From: Camelus ferus
Lineage: Eukaryota
Length of the DNA: 64,000 nucleotides
Assembly: GCF_009834535.1 (NCBI RefSeq)
Contig: NC_045696.1
Span: 111,602,001 to 111,666,000 of the forward strand
Direction of reading: 5' to 3'
A program made the position numbers and the translations under genes. Positions 36,658 through 49,999 of this stretch are shown here, one piece after another; within the stretch, counting starts at the first letter, position 1; each line of letters begins with the position of its first letter. Under the pieces are notes generated by a model, which did not search any database, was not told the origin of the DNA, and saw only the letters and a program-made list of their open reading frames with translations.

Positions 36658-39299
36658 AAGTATCTATCACACATTATTCTAGATATTTAATGCTTGAGTG
36701 TTGAGTTTTCTAAATGCTGTCATAATAATAAGAAAGGTTACAATATTCATTTGACATACAAGTGTCAGAATCACTGAGCAGCTGTGTGACTTTGGACAAG
36801 CCACTAGAGTGTCCCGGGACTTAATTAGCTGATCTATAAAAAGAAGATGCATGGGTGGATTAAATAGGGTCTTAATTTCCCTTCCAGCAAGAACATTGTA
36901 AAATCATTTAAAATTAGCTGCTCCCTTTCAAAGAAAGAAGTTCTGCTTTCTGGTAACAAAAATACAAATGTTAGTGTTCTAATAATGAAACTTATATTAG
37001 CCGGATGTCACAACTTGGCAAAGTAGAATTCGGCTTCCAGGCAGAATTCAAAGCTTCTGGCTACCACTCCACTGCTACTTCTTACCCCATCTCTAGCTCA
37101 AGAGTCAGAATCAAGGCAAGAAACGGCATCTCACCAAAGAGGGATTTCAGCCCTTCTGAAGCATTCTTTGTTATGCTTTCTAAATGGTTCAACTGGGGAT
37201 ACAGGTTGCTAATGGGACCATGATCTCTTCTCTTTCTTCTTCCTCTTCTTAGTCTTGCGCCCTTACAAGTGAAGCAGCCCAAAAACTCAGGCTCCCTTGA
37301 AGTCGGCCATACCGGGGTCAGGAACTGAGAATCTGTGAAGACTCTGGGCTAGGAAACTCAGCGTGAGGCACTGGAGGTAGAGGCACTCTCTCTTGCCGAT
37401 GCCTTTCTTATTCCATTTCCTTTGCTATTGGCCACTGTGAGTTTCTGTCCAGTAGATTTGATGTTAGGTCCCAAGGCATTACTGGGATCTCAGGAAATAA
37501 AGTTAGTCAAGGGCAGATCCTGGATCCAAACTCACAACTTCTTAGCCTCAGTCCTGTTATTCACAGTATACCCCAAGAACAGAAAAGATAATACAGAGAA
37601 AATAGTATGCAACCTTGAGGGTCTGCCTGCAACTGCGTGGAGTTAGGACTGTCCCACGGGCCATACTGCTTTGTATGTCTAACACAGTATTCCCGAGGAA
37701 TTTAATAATAAATGCAGTGTCTCAGTTGGAAATAGCAACAATCATCTTTTGATAATTCATTGAGAAGAACGTAGATGGGAAGAAAATTAATTTGGTATTA
37801 ACGCATTTAATAGTGGCTCAAAATGGTAAAATTATGGAAGAAGCATGAAAAATAGATATGCTGCTGTTCAAATGACTAATTCTTTGACAGTGAAGATCTT
37901 TATATGAGAATAAAGAGCTTTTTGTTTGTTTCAGGATGGGATATTTTTTGCCAAATAACTTCTGATATTACAGAGAAATAAAATATGATCAAGACATTCC
38001 CATACACACCATGTACTATTTTATACAGCACCAGTGAATACTTCAGAAATAGGTGTTGATATGAATAATTCATAAGAAGAAAATTACATATTACTTCAGA
38101 AACACTTACCTACAATTATTTCCAATTTCATTCAGGTGCTAAAACTCTTCGAAATGAACACAGGATGACAGCATAGCGGCAGCTGCATGACCAATAATAT
38201 AGGAATCAAAGGGAAAATAAGGAGTCTGTGTCTTGTTCTAAGAAACACGAAACTGTTTTAGGGAGACATATGGCTTTGCTAACATTATTCAAGGCGGCCT
38301 CAGCTACATTCAAGTAACCATCATTTAAACGGGTGGTGATCACTGTGATCATAGCCAGTCCACCTACTAAATAGTAGACAGGATTCAGCCATAGAAAAAT
38401 CCATCTGTCAAGTCAAAAGCAAGGCCAGAGAAATCCAGAGAACTCTGCTGCCATTAGCATCATTCACGCTGCATGAAGAAGACTGGACAATTACCAGCTG
38501 AAATGTTGTACCACTGTTCAAATTTTATCCAATCAAACAGGATGTTTAGTAACCAAGTCCAGAACGTTAATCTCTCTTTAAAAATAGAAAGATAGGCCTG
38601 AAGCTAATTTAATGCATGCTGTCATTCTCATAATGAGCAGCCAAAAACCCATTCCACCAAAGCTAAAGTAGGAAGAGCTGAGCCCAAGCAGTGGCATAGT
38701 TTGTGCATTCAAAAAGTCATGCCCTTAGGTGACACTGTGATGATGCTACACCTAGATTTTATACCTACAATCTCATGGCACGAGCTGAGTCAGGAAGACT
38801 CAACTTCTAGGGCAAATAGCCAACCGGAGCTTCCTTTTCACCTGTTCCAGCTGGGTCTTTAGGGTCATAAGTGGGCAATACACTCCAAATGTAATGCCTG
38901 ACTTGGTACAGCATCATCAATGTCATGACGAATCTCTTTCTGAGAGCATATTTGTAAACTCTTGCCACTGCTACCTATTTCTCTCTTATTTGGTAAGTTA
39001 GAAGGCGTGAGAGAATGATTTTCTGTATTATGATGTTACTCTACTCACCATACTGTTGGCACAAATGTAGTCACAGTGATAATAATAAAATTCACTTTGT
39101 TGAGTCTTTTCTCCCACCTGCCTAAGTATCACATGCCCTTGCAGACCTCCCTCCCGAGGGTCTTGTCGTCTCTAGGGTATCTCACAAAAGCTTCCCACTC
39201 ATCTTCTTATGTCCTTCTTCTCTGGACCCTTTGATTAATGGAAATGGCCCATAAAGCCATCTAATAGTGTTATTATCTCACATTGTCTATATTCTGAGG

Positions 39300-39880
39300 G
39301 GTCATTCTGTGAATGCCCCCACTGCTGAAAAGGCATGTAGCCTTGAGCCAACTGGCTGAGAGGGGCCATTCTATAGGATGAGGCTTTTGGTGCCAATCCT
39401 TAAGGTGAAATTGGGGTGCTGCTATAAAATGCAAGCAAAGAGGATTATATTTGGAACCCAGGTGATGACCTAGGGTGATCTTAGTAGCCCCTTGACCAAT
39501 GCTACCTCTCAATAGAAAATTTCAACAACCAAATAAAAATAGAACCACCAAGGGCTCAAATCCTCTAGAAATAAGTTTGGAGAGCCCACTAGGAAAGGAA
39601 AGGGGTTAGTCAAGGTACTGGAGTCTTTGAACAAGAAATGGCGTATAGAAGGTGGAAGCTTTGACTATCAAATTAGACCTCATGACCAGATCCAGAAGAT
39701 ACAGGGCTCTGTGCACATTAAGTACTTTCCAGCTACCTTATATGAAGGTCATGGCTAATATTTTAGATTTTAGGTGGAAGTGCAGGTGAATTGACATTAA
39801 CCTATGATAATACGTCCCCGATGGGACTTTGTTTGCCCCTGAATAGGAAATGCATATTTTTTACTCAAAGAATAGTGGTG
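39300..39880 (+). mobile_element. ERVL internal 3' relic: dUTPase-like region, following ORF end and purine tract
   Basis: Translates to VALSQLAERG, GEIGVLL*NASKEDYIWNPGDDLG, QQPNKNRTTKGSNP and KWRIEGGSFDYQIRPHDQIQK, matching recalled ERVL LPLSQQAKKG, DEISLLLHNGGKEEYAWNTGDPLG, QQPNPGRTTNGPDP and EWVVEEGSHQYQLRPRDQLQK. Confidence 0.8.
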
Positions 39881-39881
39881 G

Positions 39882-40340
39882 ATGCTTCAGGACAAAAACT
39901 AGATAGTTTCTATGTTCCCTCTCAAATCCGTTCTTCACTCTTCTCCACTTTATCCTGTGCTGGATCAGAGACAACTGTCATTGCAGCATTAATAGGCTCC
40001 CTAGCCCTCTGGCTTCCCATTAAGTTTGGCCACCAGGAGACAGTGACAGAAAATCAGAAGGAAAGGGAAAGAGTAAGGTTGGGGTGCTTATTCCTTCAGC
40101 ACTTATTCTGATGGGTTGCTGCAACTTAGCTGCGTTTATCTATCAAAAGTGAGAGCTGCTGGAGGTAGCCCTTTCCTTCATTATAGCTCTCACTCCAGGC
40201 TCCAGTAATTGCTTCCACTCAATACCCCTTCAAGTACAAGACTCTTAACATCTTAACTATTGCTAGCCGTAGGATGCTGAACCATCTTTCACATTTTTTT
40301 TTGTAAATATCCCCTTTATCTATTCATTACCCATTTGTAG
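39882..40340 (+). mobile_element. ERVL 3' LTR (LTR33-like)
   Basis: ggctccctagccctctggcttcccattaagtttggcca...aaatcagaagg; directly follows the ERVL internal relic. Confidence 0.7.
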
Positions 40341-40369
40341 AATTTATTTTTTATTGTCAAGACTGAAAC

Positions 40370-43300
40370 TGGTACAAAACTCAATAACAAAAAAGAGCAA
40401 AACACTGGAACAAACCCACCTGAAATATTCCCCAGTAGATACTGTATGCTGTGCTATAAAAACAAATCTCAATAAATTTCAAAGACTTGAAATTATATTA
40501 TGGTGTTCTCTCATCATAACAGAATTAACTTACAGGTCCATAATGGAAAGAAATCTGGGAAAACCTGAAACATTTGGAAATTGAACAAAACACTTCTATA
40601 TAATCCATGAGACAAAGGAAATTTTTTAAATACTTTAAACTGAGTGAAAACAAAAACACAACGTATAAAAATTTATGGGAGCTAATGTAGTGCTTTGAGG
40701 GAAATTCATATATTAAAGTGCTTACCAAAGAAAAATATTTCAATTTAGTAATCTAATATCCACCTTAAAGTAGAACTAGAAGAGCAAACTAAACTAATGC
40801 AAGTAAAGAAAGGAAATAGAAAACAAAACAACAAAGAAAATCAATGAAATCAAAAATTTGTTCTTTGAAAACATCAAAAAGATTGGCAAACCCTTCTCTA
40901 CACTAGCCAAGAAAATGAGAGAGAAAGCACAGCCTACCAAAGTCAGGAACGACTTCTTAGCTTAGAGAAATTAATAGGATTATGAGGGAATGCTATGAGC
41001 AATGTTATACTAATAAACAATTTCGATGAAATGGACATATTCCTAGAAAGCTACCAATACCCAAAATTGATTCAAGAATAGACAATCTTAATAGACTTAA
41101 AAGTTAGAAGTTGAATTAGTAATCAAAACTATTCCCACAAAGAAAAGCCCAGAAGTCCTTACTGGTGAATTCTATCAAATATGACAGGAAGAAATGATAC
41201 CAATATTTCATAAAGTCTTTCAGAAATTAAAGGAGGAGGAAACACTTCCCAGGTTCACCCTATGAGACCAATACCAGACAAAATATCATAAGAAAATAAA
41301 CCACAGATCAATCTCTCTCATGAACATTGATACAAAAATCATGAATTAAATACTAGCAAGCCAAATTCAGCCACCTATAAAAATGATTATACCCCGTGAT
41401 CAAATAGGATTCATCCCAGGAATGCAAGGTTGATTCAACATCCAAAAAGCAGTTAATGTAACATAATGCAATGAAGGGCAAAAAACACATGACCATCTTA
41501 GGATGCAAGTCAACACCTATTCTTGATTTTCTTTTAATTTCAATGCACTAGGACTAAGAAAGTACTTCTTCAACTTCATAAAGAGCATCTATGAAAAGCT
41601 CACAAATAGTAGCATAGTGAATGGTGAAAACCTGAGTGATTTTCCTCTAAAACTGAGAACAAAGAAAAGAGGTCAGCACGTTTTTTAAGCCAAAATAGAT
41701 ACATTGAACTTAATCAAAATTAAAAAAGTTTTGTTTCAAAGGACACCATCTAGAAAGCAAAGAGACAAACAAGAGAACAGCAGAAAATATTTGAAAAATC
41801 ATACATCTGAAAAAGGACTTGTATCCAGGATACAAATAGAATTCTTATAACTAAAATAAAAACAACACAATTTAAAAATGATAGAGACTAGACATTTCAC
41901 ACACACAAAAAAAAGATGTGAATGCAAATGAACATATTACAAGGTGTTCAACATCATTAGTCATTAGGAAAATGCAAATTAAAACCACAATATGATACCA
42001 TGGCATGCCCACTAAGATGGCTATAATCAAAAAAAAAAAAAAATCAACCCAAAATGTTGGCAAGGATGTAGAGAAACTGGAGGCCTCACTCAATGCTCGT
42101 GGGGTGGTAAAATGATGTAACCTCTGTGGGAAACAGTTTGACAGTTTCTTAGGAGTTAAACATAAATTTATTATATGAACTAGCAATCTCACTTCTAGAA
42201 ACCCACCCAATACAAGTGAAAACCACACAAAGATTTTTAGTGACTGTCGATAGCAGTATTATTCAAGGTAGCCAAAAATTGGAAACCATCCAATTGTTCA
42301 TCAACTAATGAATGGATAAATAAAAGGTAATCGATCCATACAAATGGAATATGATTCAGCAATAAAAATTAATGAAGTACTGATCCATGCTTCAGCATAG
42401 ATAAACCTTAAAAACAAAGAAGACATACAAACAGCCAACAGATACATGAAAAGGTGGTCAATATCTCTAATCATCACAGGAATGCAAATTAAAACCACAA
42501 TGAGGTATCACCTCTCACCTGATAGGATGGCTATTATCAGAATGAAAAGAGGTAACAAGTGTTAGAGAGGATGTGGAGAAAAGGGAAGCTTCGTGCACTG
42601 TTAATGAGAATGTAGATTCATACAACCAGTATGAAAAACAGTATGGAGGTTTCTTAAGCAATTAAGAATAGAACTAACAAATGATCCAGCCATTCCACTT
42701 CTGTGTATATATCCGAAGGAAAGAAAATCATTATCTCAAAGAGATTCTGTGCTCCCATGTTGATTTCAGTATTATTCCCAGTAGCCAAGATATGGAAACA
42801 ACCTAAGTGGCCATTGATGGGTGGATAAAGAAAATACAATAACTATAGTTAATAATAACGTATTGTATACTTGAAATTTGCTAAGAGAGTAGATCTCAAG
42901 TGTTCCCACCACGCGCACACACACACATAAACACACAAAGGTAACTATGCGAGGTGATAGATGTATTAATTAGTTCAATTGTGGCAATCATTCAACAATG
43001 TATACCTGTATCAAAACATCACATTGTACACCTTAAATGTATATAATTTTTATTTGTCAATCATACTTTAATAAAGCTGCAAAAAGAAACAAGATAAAAG
43101 CAAAAATTAGTAAACTAGAAAATGAGAAAACAACAACAAAATGCCAAGGAAAAGAGACCAGATGCAGAAATTATATATTGTATATGATTCCATTTTTATG
43201 AAAGTTTCAGAAAATACAAATTTACAGGAACAGGAAGAAGATTAGTGGTTGCCTGGAGCTGGGAGTGGTCGCAAAGGCTGACTGTGAAGGAGCTCAGCGG

Positions 43301-43420
43301 AGTGTCCTGGAGTGATGGAAATGTTCCAAGTCTGTACTGTAATGATAACACGTTTACCCAAAATCATTGAATTGTGCACTTATAATGGGTAAATTTTCTT
43401 GTTTGTAAATATGCCTTGTG
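40370..43420 (+). mobile_element. Old L1 (L1MB/MC-like) ORF2 to 3' UTR with internal deletions, split by a second L1
   Basis: A-rich ORF2 motifs (cccacaaagaaaagcccag, ggattcatcccaggaatgcaagg, ggaaaatgcaaattaaaaccac); 3' UTR resumes near 43140. Confidence 0.88.
42412..43090 (+). mobile_element. Nested L1MA-like 3' fragment
   Basis: Restart at aaagaagacatacaaacagccaacag, a region already passed in the outer L1; ends tactttaataaagctg plus A-rich tail. Confidence 0.85.
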
Positions 43421-44469
43421 AAAAATTGGGGGAAAGTCATGTGACAAGATTTAAATCTCTTCCTTACAGATGGGTTGTGGGAGATTTAGAATTGCTTACA
43501 ATCCAACTACAAAATTAATTTGAATTGTCAGGAGCGTACCTTCAACATAATGGAGAAATGGTTGGCAATTGCAATTAGGCAGCATGCTTATAAAACTTTG
43601 TTCAGTATGCTGATATTGGCAGGTAACTAGGTTGCCTACACTTACCATAAGGTCCTTGGATAAATCAGGTATAATAACCTATTCTAAACACAGCCTAATT
43701 TTCTTCTTAGCAGTAGAACAAGGTTACTTAGAATAGCTTTGTTCTTTCCTGAAGTTGTGCTACTGAAAAGGTCACATTAGCTGATAGCTTCCTAATATAT
43801 CTTGCACAGTAACTTGCTGAAAATTACCTAGTTTTCTAAGAAATTTTCAGGCTTGTAGTGAAGATGGAGATAAATGCACATTTCCTTTCCTTTGAAACCA
43901 CAGGCAATTTCTCATGTACTCCTGCTTCAAAATTATAACATCTTTATGATGTACTCAGATGAGCTCTTTCTTCATAAAACATACCACGAGTTATCTTGAA
44001 ATGCAGGCAGAAGGATGCCTTTCTCCTCTGTACCTCCTCCTGCTTCCTTCTCACCATCCCCGCCTCCTACGGAATGAGACTTGCCAAGACTATACTTTCT
44101 CCTTGAAACCTTCAGTCCACTCTTTGAAATCGTCAATCTCTTTGAAAGCAATCCCCAGAGAATTTTATTTCCTGATCTAGTGTTCATTTCAGGACCTATT
44201 TATCAAGAGTTTAATGATGATGTATGCCCATTCTGCAAGCTGGCCTCTGTGGCTCACATCTGGCACACTTAGAGGTAGATCTGTGGGCTCGGCAATGTGC
44301 AAAGTTCTGCACATTGACTATGGGGAGTTAGTTAACGATCCAGCTCCAGCTACAACGCTTATAATGATCTGACAGGGAAAACAAATGCACATACAGAAAA
44401 CCATAGAGGATCAAGTTTGTCATTGAGTGACAGTAATGGGAAAATGGTCAGTGACTTAAATGGTTTTTT

Positions 44470-44800
44470 GGAAAGAATAACCAAGGACAAAGTTTTGAGT
44501 GCAAGTGGTTTATTTGGGCAGAAACCCAGGAGGCACATCAGGTGAAGAGGGAGGCGTGAGGAGAAGGCACTCTCAAAGCTTACCATCCTGGGCAACCGAC
44601 TTGCTCCTTCCGGACTGGGGATTCTGGGAGACATCACAAAATACACAAATGTCTCATTCCAAATGTTCTTAAGGAATACATCATGGGTTGGTAGGAAGAA
44701 GAGTTCCCAAGAATGTGCAGAGAAAAGGGTGTGACTGTGAAGATGCTGAGGAGAGAGAAATTGGAGATGGTGACCACCTGGGTCCCAGGAAAAGGCCTGT
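44470..44800 (-). mobile_element. ERVL LTR (LTR16-like) fragment
   Basis: gacaaagttttgagtgcaagtggtttatttggg...cccaggaggcac. Confidence 0.65.
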
Positions 44801-46224
44801 TTCATGCAGTCTGTTATTTAAGATAAGCATCACTCTTGTCCTAGGATCTTGTGTTTGCAGGTCTGAACCATCTCATTGTACACAGAGCTGATGAAACTCT
44901 CACTGGAACATGAATAGCTCTGGGTTCAGAAAGAAGAAGACAACGTGAGACGTTAGAGGGAAATCCTAAATAAAACTAATGTGCTAGAAAGTAAAGACAT
45001 GAGCAAAAATTTTTCTTGATATAGCAAAAGAGTGAATAATATTGGCCCTTAAGTCAAGTCAAATGCCTACAGAGCACAAGGCACATAACGCGCAATCCAG
45101 GAGCACACTTGCAGGGTGTCTCAGACAGTGACCTTCAGAGAATCACCTAGGACATTTCTTTAAAAACACAGATGCCTAAGCCAAATACCCAGATGTTTTA
45201 CAATCTCCTGGTGTAAACCTAAATTTTTAAGATCCGGTAAACCTAATACACACCTTCAATCATGAGTGGCTGGTGGAGAACAGCCCTGTGTTTCTATAAT
45301 TGGACGATGGAAGATGGCTGGGGAAAGAGGAAGAAGACGGGCGTGCAATGAGAAATGACCTCTGGCCAGTAAATAAGATGTTAGAGAGAGAGAAAGAAAG
45401 GAGCGTGGCAACACTGAGAGCAAAGAAGGCACCCACCCACTCTCACGGTGTCACAGGGAACCTGGCACGTGTCCTGCTGGTTCTCCATAGCAGGTGTGGC
45501 TCCCACAAGCCTAAATCAATGCTCAAGTCAGAAATGCCCCCCAGACTCCAAGGAAGTGGACCCAGTTACAGCCTGAGTGTTAAAAAAAAAAAAAAAGCAT
45601 GTCGCAGGGTTAAGGAAGACTTCCTGGGGGTGCGTCCCAATTTTTCAGCATCCTAAGTAAAACAGACATAATCAGAAGGCAGCAATGGTTGCACAAAAGA
45701 CAGAGGAGGATTTATCAGCTTCGGGTACCAGCCACTGACTGAATGTTGAGTGTTGAGAGCTCTGTTGATTACATTTATTAACGTCATTCTGTTTCAGTAG
45801 TACTCATTGAGAAATGTGTTTAGGGAAAGCAGCACTTGATTTAGTGGGTTCCAGCTACGATGCATGATAAATAAAGAGGGTTTATAAAAATCCTTGTCCT
45901 TCAAACCGACAACATGCTGTGCATGGCAACATTTATATGCTCCCAAAATATATATGGAACGTATATGGGAAAGGTGCTTTTTAGCATAGAGATGTTTTTG
46001 GCTCACCACGGAAAAACATCAGAACACAGGAACTATCTGGTAACGACAGCCTAAATGATTTTTGCTCAGTTGTGCACATGTTCTGAGGCATTAAACATCA
46101 AAATGGATTAAAAGTTATATTGTGGCGATCGCTACAATTCTCTCTCTGGAATTTTACATGTTTAGAGATCTTTCTGAGCCTCATGAGGCTCTAAATGTTG
46201 AGTAATTAAAAAGTAGAAAATGGT

Positions 46225-46400
46225 TTCCAATCATATGCAACCATTTATTAAGCCTGGACTGAGTGTGAGTGTTGTGCTAGGTAGCTCGGGGGGGGGCAGG
46301 GTATAGAAGTAGCGAACACTTGACCCTTGTCCTCAGTGATCTCATATTCCAACAAAGAAGATGAGAACAACACATCACATACACAATAACAAGGGAAGAA
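46225..46400 (-). mobile_element. L2 3' fragment
   Basis: caaccatttattaagcc...tgtgctagg...cccttgtcctcagtgatctcatattc. Confidence 0.65.
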
Positions 46401-46611
46401 CAAGGCATGTTGTGTTTCTTCCATCCTAAAATATGTCTAATTTTTATCTCACATCAATGTCTTAGGAATCACTGTTTGCCCTTCAATATCTGGTTCACAT
46501 TTGGGCTTGTCCATCTTACACACTGGGTGTTACCTGGAACTTATCTTTTTACACGAAACCTGGCTCCTTGGGCCAACTATAAGCTTCCAAGGGCAGTAAT
46601 GATGTTTCATG

Positions 46612-46803
46612 CTAATGGTTTGCAAACATTGCTGCAAATGAGACTCACCTAGAGAGAATTCAAAACTGAAATACCCAGGGCACACTCCAGCTAAACCAGA
46701 ATCTCTGGGAGCTGGGAGTGGAGTGGGGTGAGGGAACCAAGCCTCAGAATTTTTGAAACTTCCTGGGAACATTCTAATGCAAAGTCAAGGTTGAGACCTA
46801 CCA
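46612..46803. mobile_element. MER5A-like hAT-Charlie MITE
   Basis: ctcacctagagag...ccagaatctctggg...attctaatgcaaagtcaaggttgagacc. Confidence 0.75.
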
Positions 46804-46875
46804 TTTTCTACCTTTTTCCTAACACTAATCTCTAGCAGCGTATTTTCTCAAGAAATGGTTATTGTCAATGATATT

Positions 46876-47982
46876 TTTTTAATTTTTTAAAATTTTATTT
46901 ATGTATTCTTTTATTGAATTATAAACAGTTTACAATGTTGTGTCAATTTCTGGTGTACAGCATAATGTTTCAGTCATACCTATAATATATACATACATTC
47001 CTTTTCAGATTCTTTTTCATTGTAGCTTACTCTAAGATCTTAAATATAGTTCCCTGTGCTATACAGTAGAAATTTGTTGTTATCTATTTTATATATAGTA
47101 GTTAGTATCTGCAAATCTCAAATTCCCAATTTATCCCTTCCCCCTTTTCTCCCCCCTAGTAACCATAAGTTTGCTCTCTATGCCTCTGAGTCTGTTTCTG
47201 TTTTGTAAATAAATTCATTTGTGTCTTTTTTTTTTTCAGATTCCACACATAAGTGATATCATATGGTATTTTTTCTGTCTGTCTTAATTCACTTAGAATG
47301 ACGATCTCCAGGTCCATCCATGTTGCTACAAATGGCATTATTTTATTATTTTTTCTGGCTGAGTAGTATTCTTGTGTGTGTATGTGTGTGTGAACACATA
47401 TGTATACCACATCTTCTTTATCCAGTCATCTGTCAATGGACATTTAGGTTGTTTCCATGTCTTGGCTATTATAAATAGTGCTTCTGTGAACAGTGGGGTG
47501 CATGTATCCTTTTGAATTAGAGTTTTCTTCAGATATATGCCCAGAAGTGGGATTGCTAGATCATATGGTAAGTCTATTTTTAGTTTTTTTAAGGAACCTC
47601 CATCCTGTCCTCCACAATGGCTACACCAATTTACATTCCCACCAGCAGCATAGGATGGTTCTCTTTTCTCCACAGCCTCTCCAGCATTTATCATTTGTGG
47701 ACTTTTGAATGATGGCCATTCTGACTGATGTGAGGTAATACCTCATTGCAGTTTTGATTTGCATTTCTCTAATACTTGGTGATATTGAGCAATTTTTCAT
47801 AGGCCTGTTTGCCATTTGGACGTATTCTGTGAAGAAATGTCTATTTAGGCCATCTGACTATTTTTTGATTGGGTTGCTTGTTTTTTTGGTATTAAGCTGT
47901 ATGAGCCATTTATATATTTTGAAAATTAGTTCCTTGTTGGTCTTGTCATTTGCAAATATTTTTTCCCATTCTGTAGGTTGTC
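46876..47982 (-). mobile_element. 5'-truncated lineage-type L1 (ORF2 C-terminus, 3' UTR, tail)
   Basis: ORFs 47338..47694 and 47621..47815 give [21 protein letters not shown] and [13 protein letters not shown]; poly-T at left; degenerate TSD around atattttt. Confidence 0.95.
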
Positions 47983-48174
47983 ATCAATATTTTTGAAGGA
48001 GTTTTAATCATCCTCTCTCATCATTTTTCCCTTTGGAGTCCTAGTTGAGAAAACTGGACACACAGGGTGAATACCCAAATGAAAGTAATGTACTTCTTTC
48101 TAAAAAGGGGAACAAGTATCCTATAGCACTTCATGAAAGGGGTGGAAACTTCAGCTTAGGCCTGGGTCATGTCC

Positions 48175-48590
48175 CTTGTTCTGGTTTCCTATTGCCGTAT
48201 AAAAAGCTACCATAAAATTTAAATGCTTAAAACACCAACTGTCATTTATTTCATTCACTTCTGTACAATTTGGACACAGCCCAGTAGGGACAATATGTGT
48301 CTGCTCAAATGGAGTCATCTGAGACAGATAGCCTCCTTCCAAGTGGCCTGACTCACAAGAGTGGCAAGTTGGTCTTGGCTGTCAGCTGGGGGTTCAGCCA
48401 GAGCCACTGGCCTGGGGACTTGGTTCCTCTCCCTGTCGGCATTTCCTGGGGGCTGCTTGAGCTTCATTACAGCATGGTGGCTCGGTTTCAAGAGTGAGTT
48501 TTCTAGATTGGGAGTTATAGTTGACAATCTCTTAACGCATGGGCTGGGAAGCTAGTCACTTCCACCATGTTCTGTTGGTCAAACCATTGG
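48175..48590 (-). mobile_element. MaLR LTR (MLT1-type)
   Basis: ttcctattgccgtataaaaagctaccataaaatttaaatgcttaaaaca...gctgtcagctggg...cacttccaccatgttctgttggtc. Confidence 0.8.
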
Positions 48591-49004
48591 ACTCTGGGGA
48601 ATCAAATCCAAATTTGGGGGTACTTCTCTAAAAAGGGGTGGTAGAAGGTGATCTACCAAGGAAGAGCACAGGAGTACCCCATTTCTGTTTTCCCAGGAGT
48701 AGGAAGAATAATGATAATAGGATAGTGGCAAGAGAATCTCAAAGGTAGTTTAGTCAGGGGACAGTCACATACTAAGGGACTGATGGTTGGTTACAGAGTA
48801 AGAGACAAGAAAGGACACACAGTCCAGCATAATTTATTGTGGATAAATCAACCCTCCACTAGATTTGTGGCCAAGGGATGTGACTCTCAGGCACTGTACC
48901 CCAGAGAAGCCTGGAAGTTTGGGGAAGAAAAAGGTAATGGATTGCCCATAAATTACCTCATACCCCAAAAGAGGGCCTAAACAGAAGAACCATGGCAAGA
49001 ACAA

Positions 49005-49170
49005 ATGGAAGGAAGGAGGGAGGGAAGGAAGGAAGGAAGGAAGGAAAGAAGGAAGGAAGGATGGAAAGAAGGAAGAAAGGAAGGAAAGAAGGAAGAGGGC
49101 GGGAAGGAGGAAGGGAGATAGAAAAAGGGAAGAACAAAGAAGAGAAGAAAGGAAGAAAGAGACAGAAAGA
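49005..49170. repeat. (GGAA)n / purine-rich low-complexity tract
   Basis: Direct reading. Confidence 0.95.
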
Positions 49171-49709
49171 TCAATTTAAAATAAATTAAAAGTTCCAAAT
49201 TAAGATTAAGATAAATTCAAAGTCATTAAGTTAAAGAATAACTAGAAACATTTTAAAAATTTAGAACTTCTATGACTTCTAAGTCAAATTCAAAAAGAGT
49301 CTAGAGCATACTGTTCTGTAATTCACAGAATAGCATGTGTCAATGGCCAATTTATTATTAAATTCTTGACTAATTACTCTTTGTTTGCTGTCCCCACTGT
49401 GATACAAAAGGGCCACTTATTTCATATGAAATTAAACAGACCTCAGTGAATTCCCGTCATTCAGACTTTCTTATTTTTGTAATAACCAAACACGTCTATA
49501 TTTTCCAGGCTTATTTGTATCCTGCCTTTTTCACATTTTTTCTTATTTATTACCACAAATTGAAAATCTTTTCCCCTCTAAATACCATAACTCTGCACAA
49601 TCAATCTGAAAGGACTGTTTTATCATCGCTAAAGTCAGTCATACTGTCAGAAGCAAGAGAAATTAAAATTGTTCTTGTTATAGATGCCGCACAGAGAAAG
49701 CCAGCAAAG

Positions 49710-49880
49710 TACAGCAGTGGGGATGGAGATACGGCACTAGGCATCCGGTACCAGTCTGCCACCTATTAGAGGGACCTTGAGAAGTTACCTGTTCTCCTTG
49801 GAGCTGTATTTTCTTTATTGGACATGGGGTATTAATAATTCCTGTCTTACCTAGTCCACCAACTTGTCATTAAAAATCAC
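49710..49880 (+). mobile_element. MIR
   Basis: ccagtctgccacctattagagggaccttgagaagttacc. Confidence 0.65.
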
Positions 49881-49999
49881 ATAGTTTTTATAGCATGTTA
49901 CTATAGTTATAACGTCCCATAGGAGTTGTTACTTTACATTTTGGAGTCCAAAGTGAAAAGTGGTTTCTCTGGAATTGGCTTTGTTGCTGAAATTCATAT

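Noticed and set aside
44293..44316. 9-bp stem hairpin caatgtgca-aagttc-tgcacattg
   Set aside because: Too short for a pre-miRNA and expected by chance in 64 kb.
48977..49198. K/E/G/R-rich and F/L/P/S-rich ORFs (also 56972-57352)
   Set aside because: Translations of (GGAA)n low-complexity tracts.
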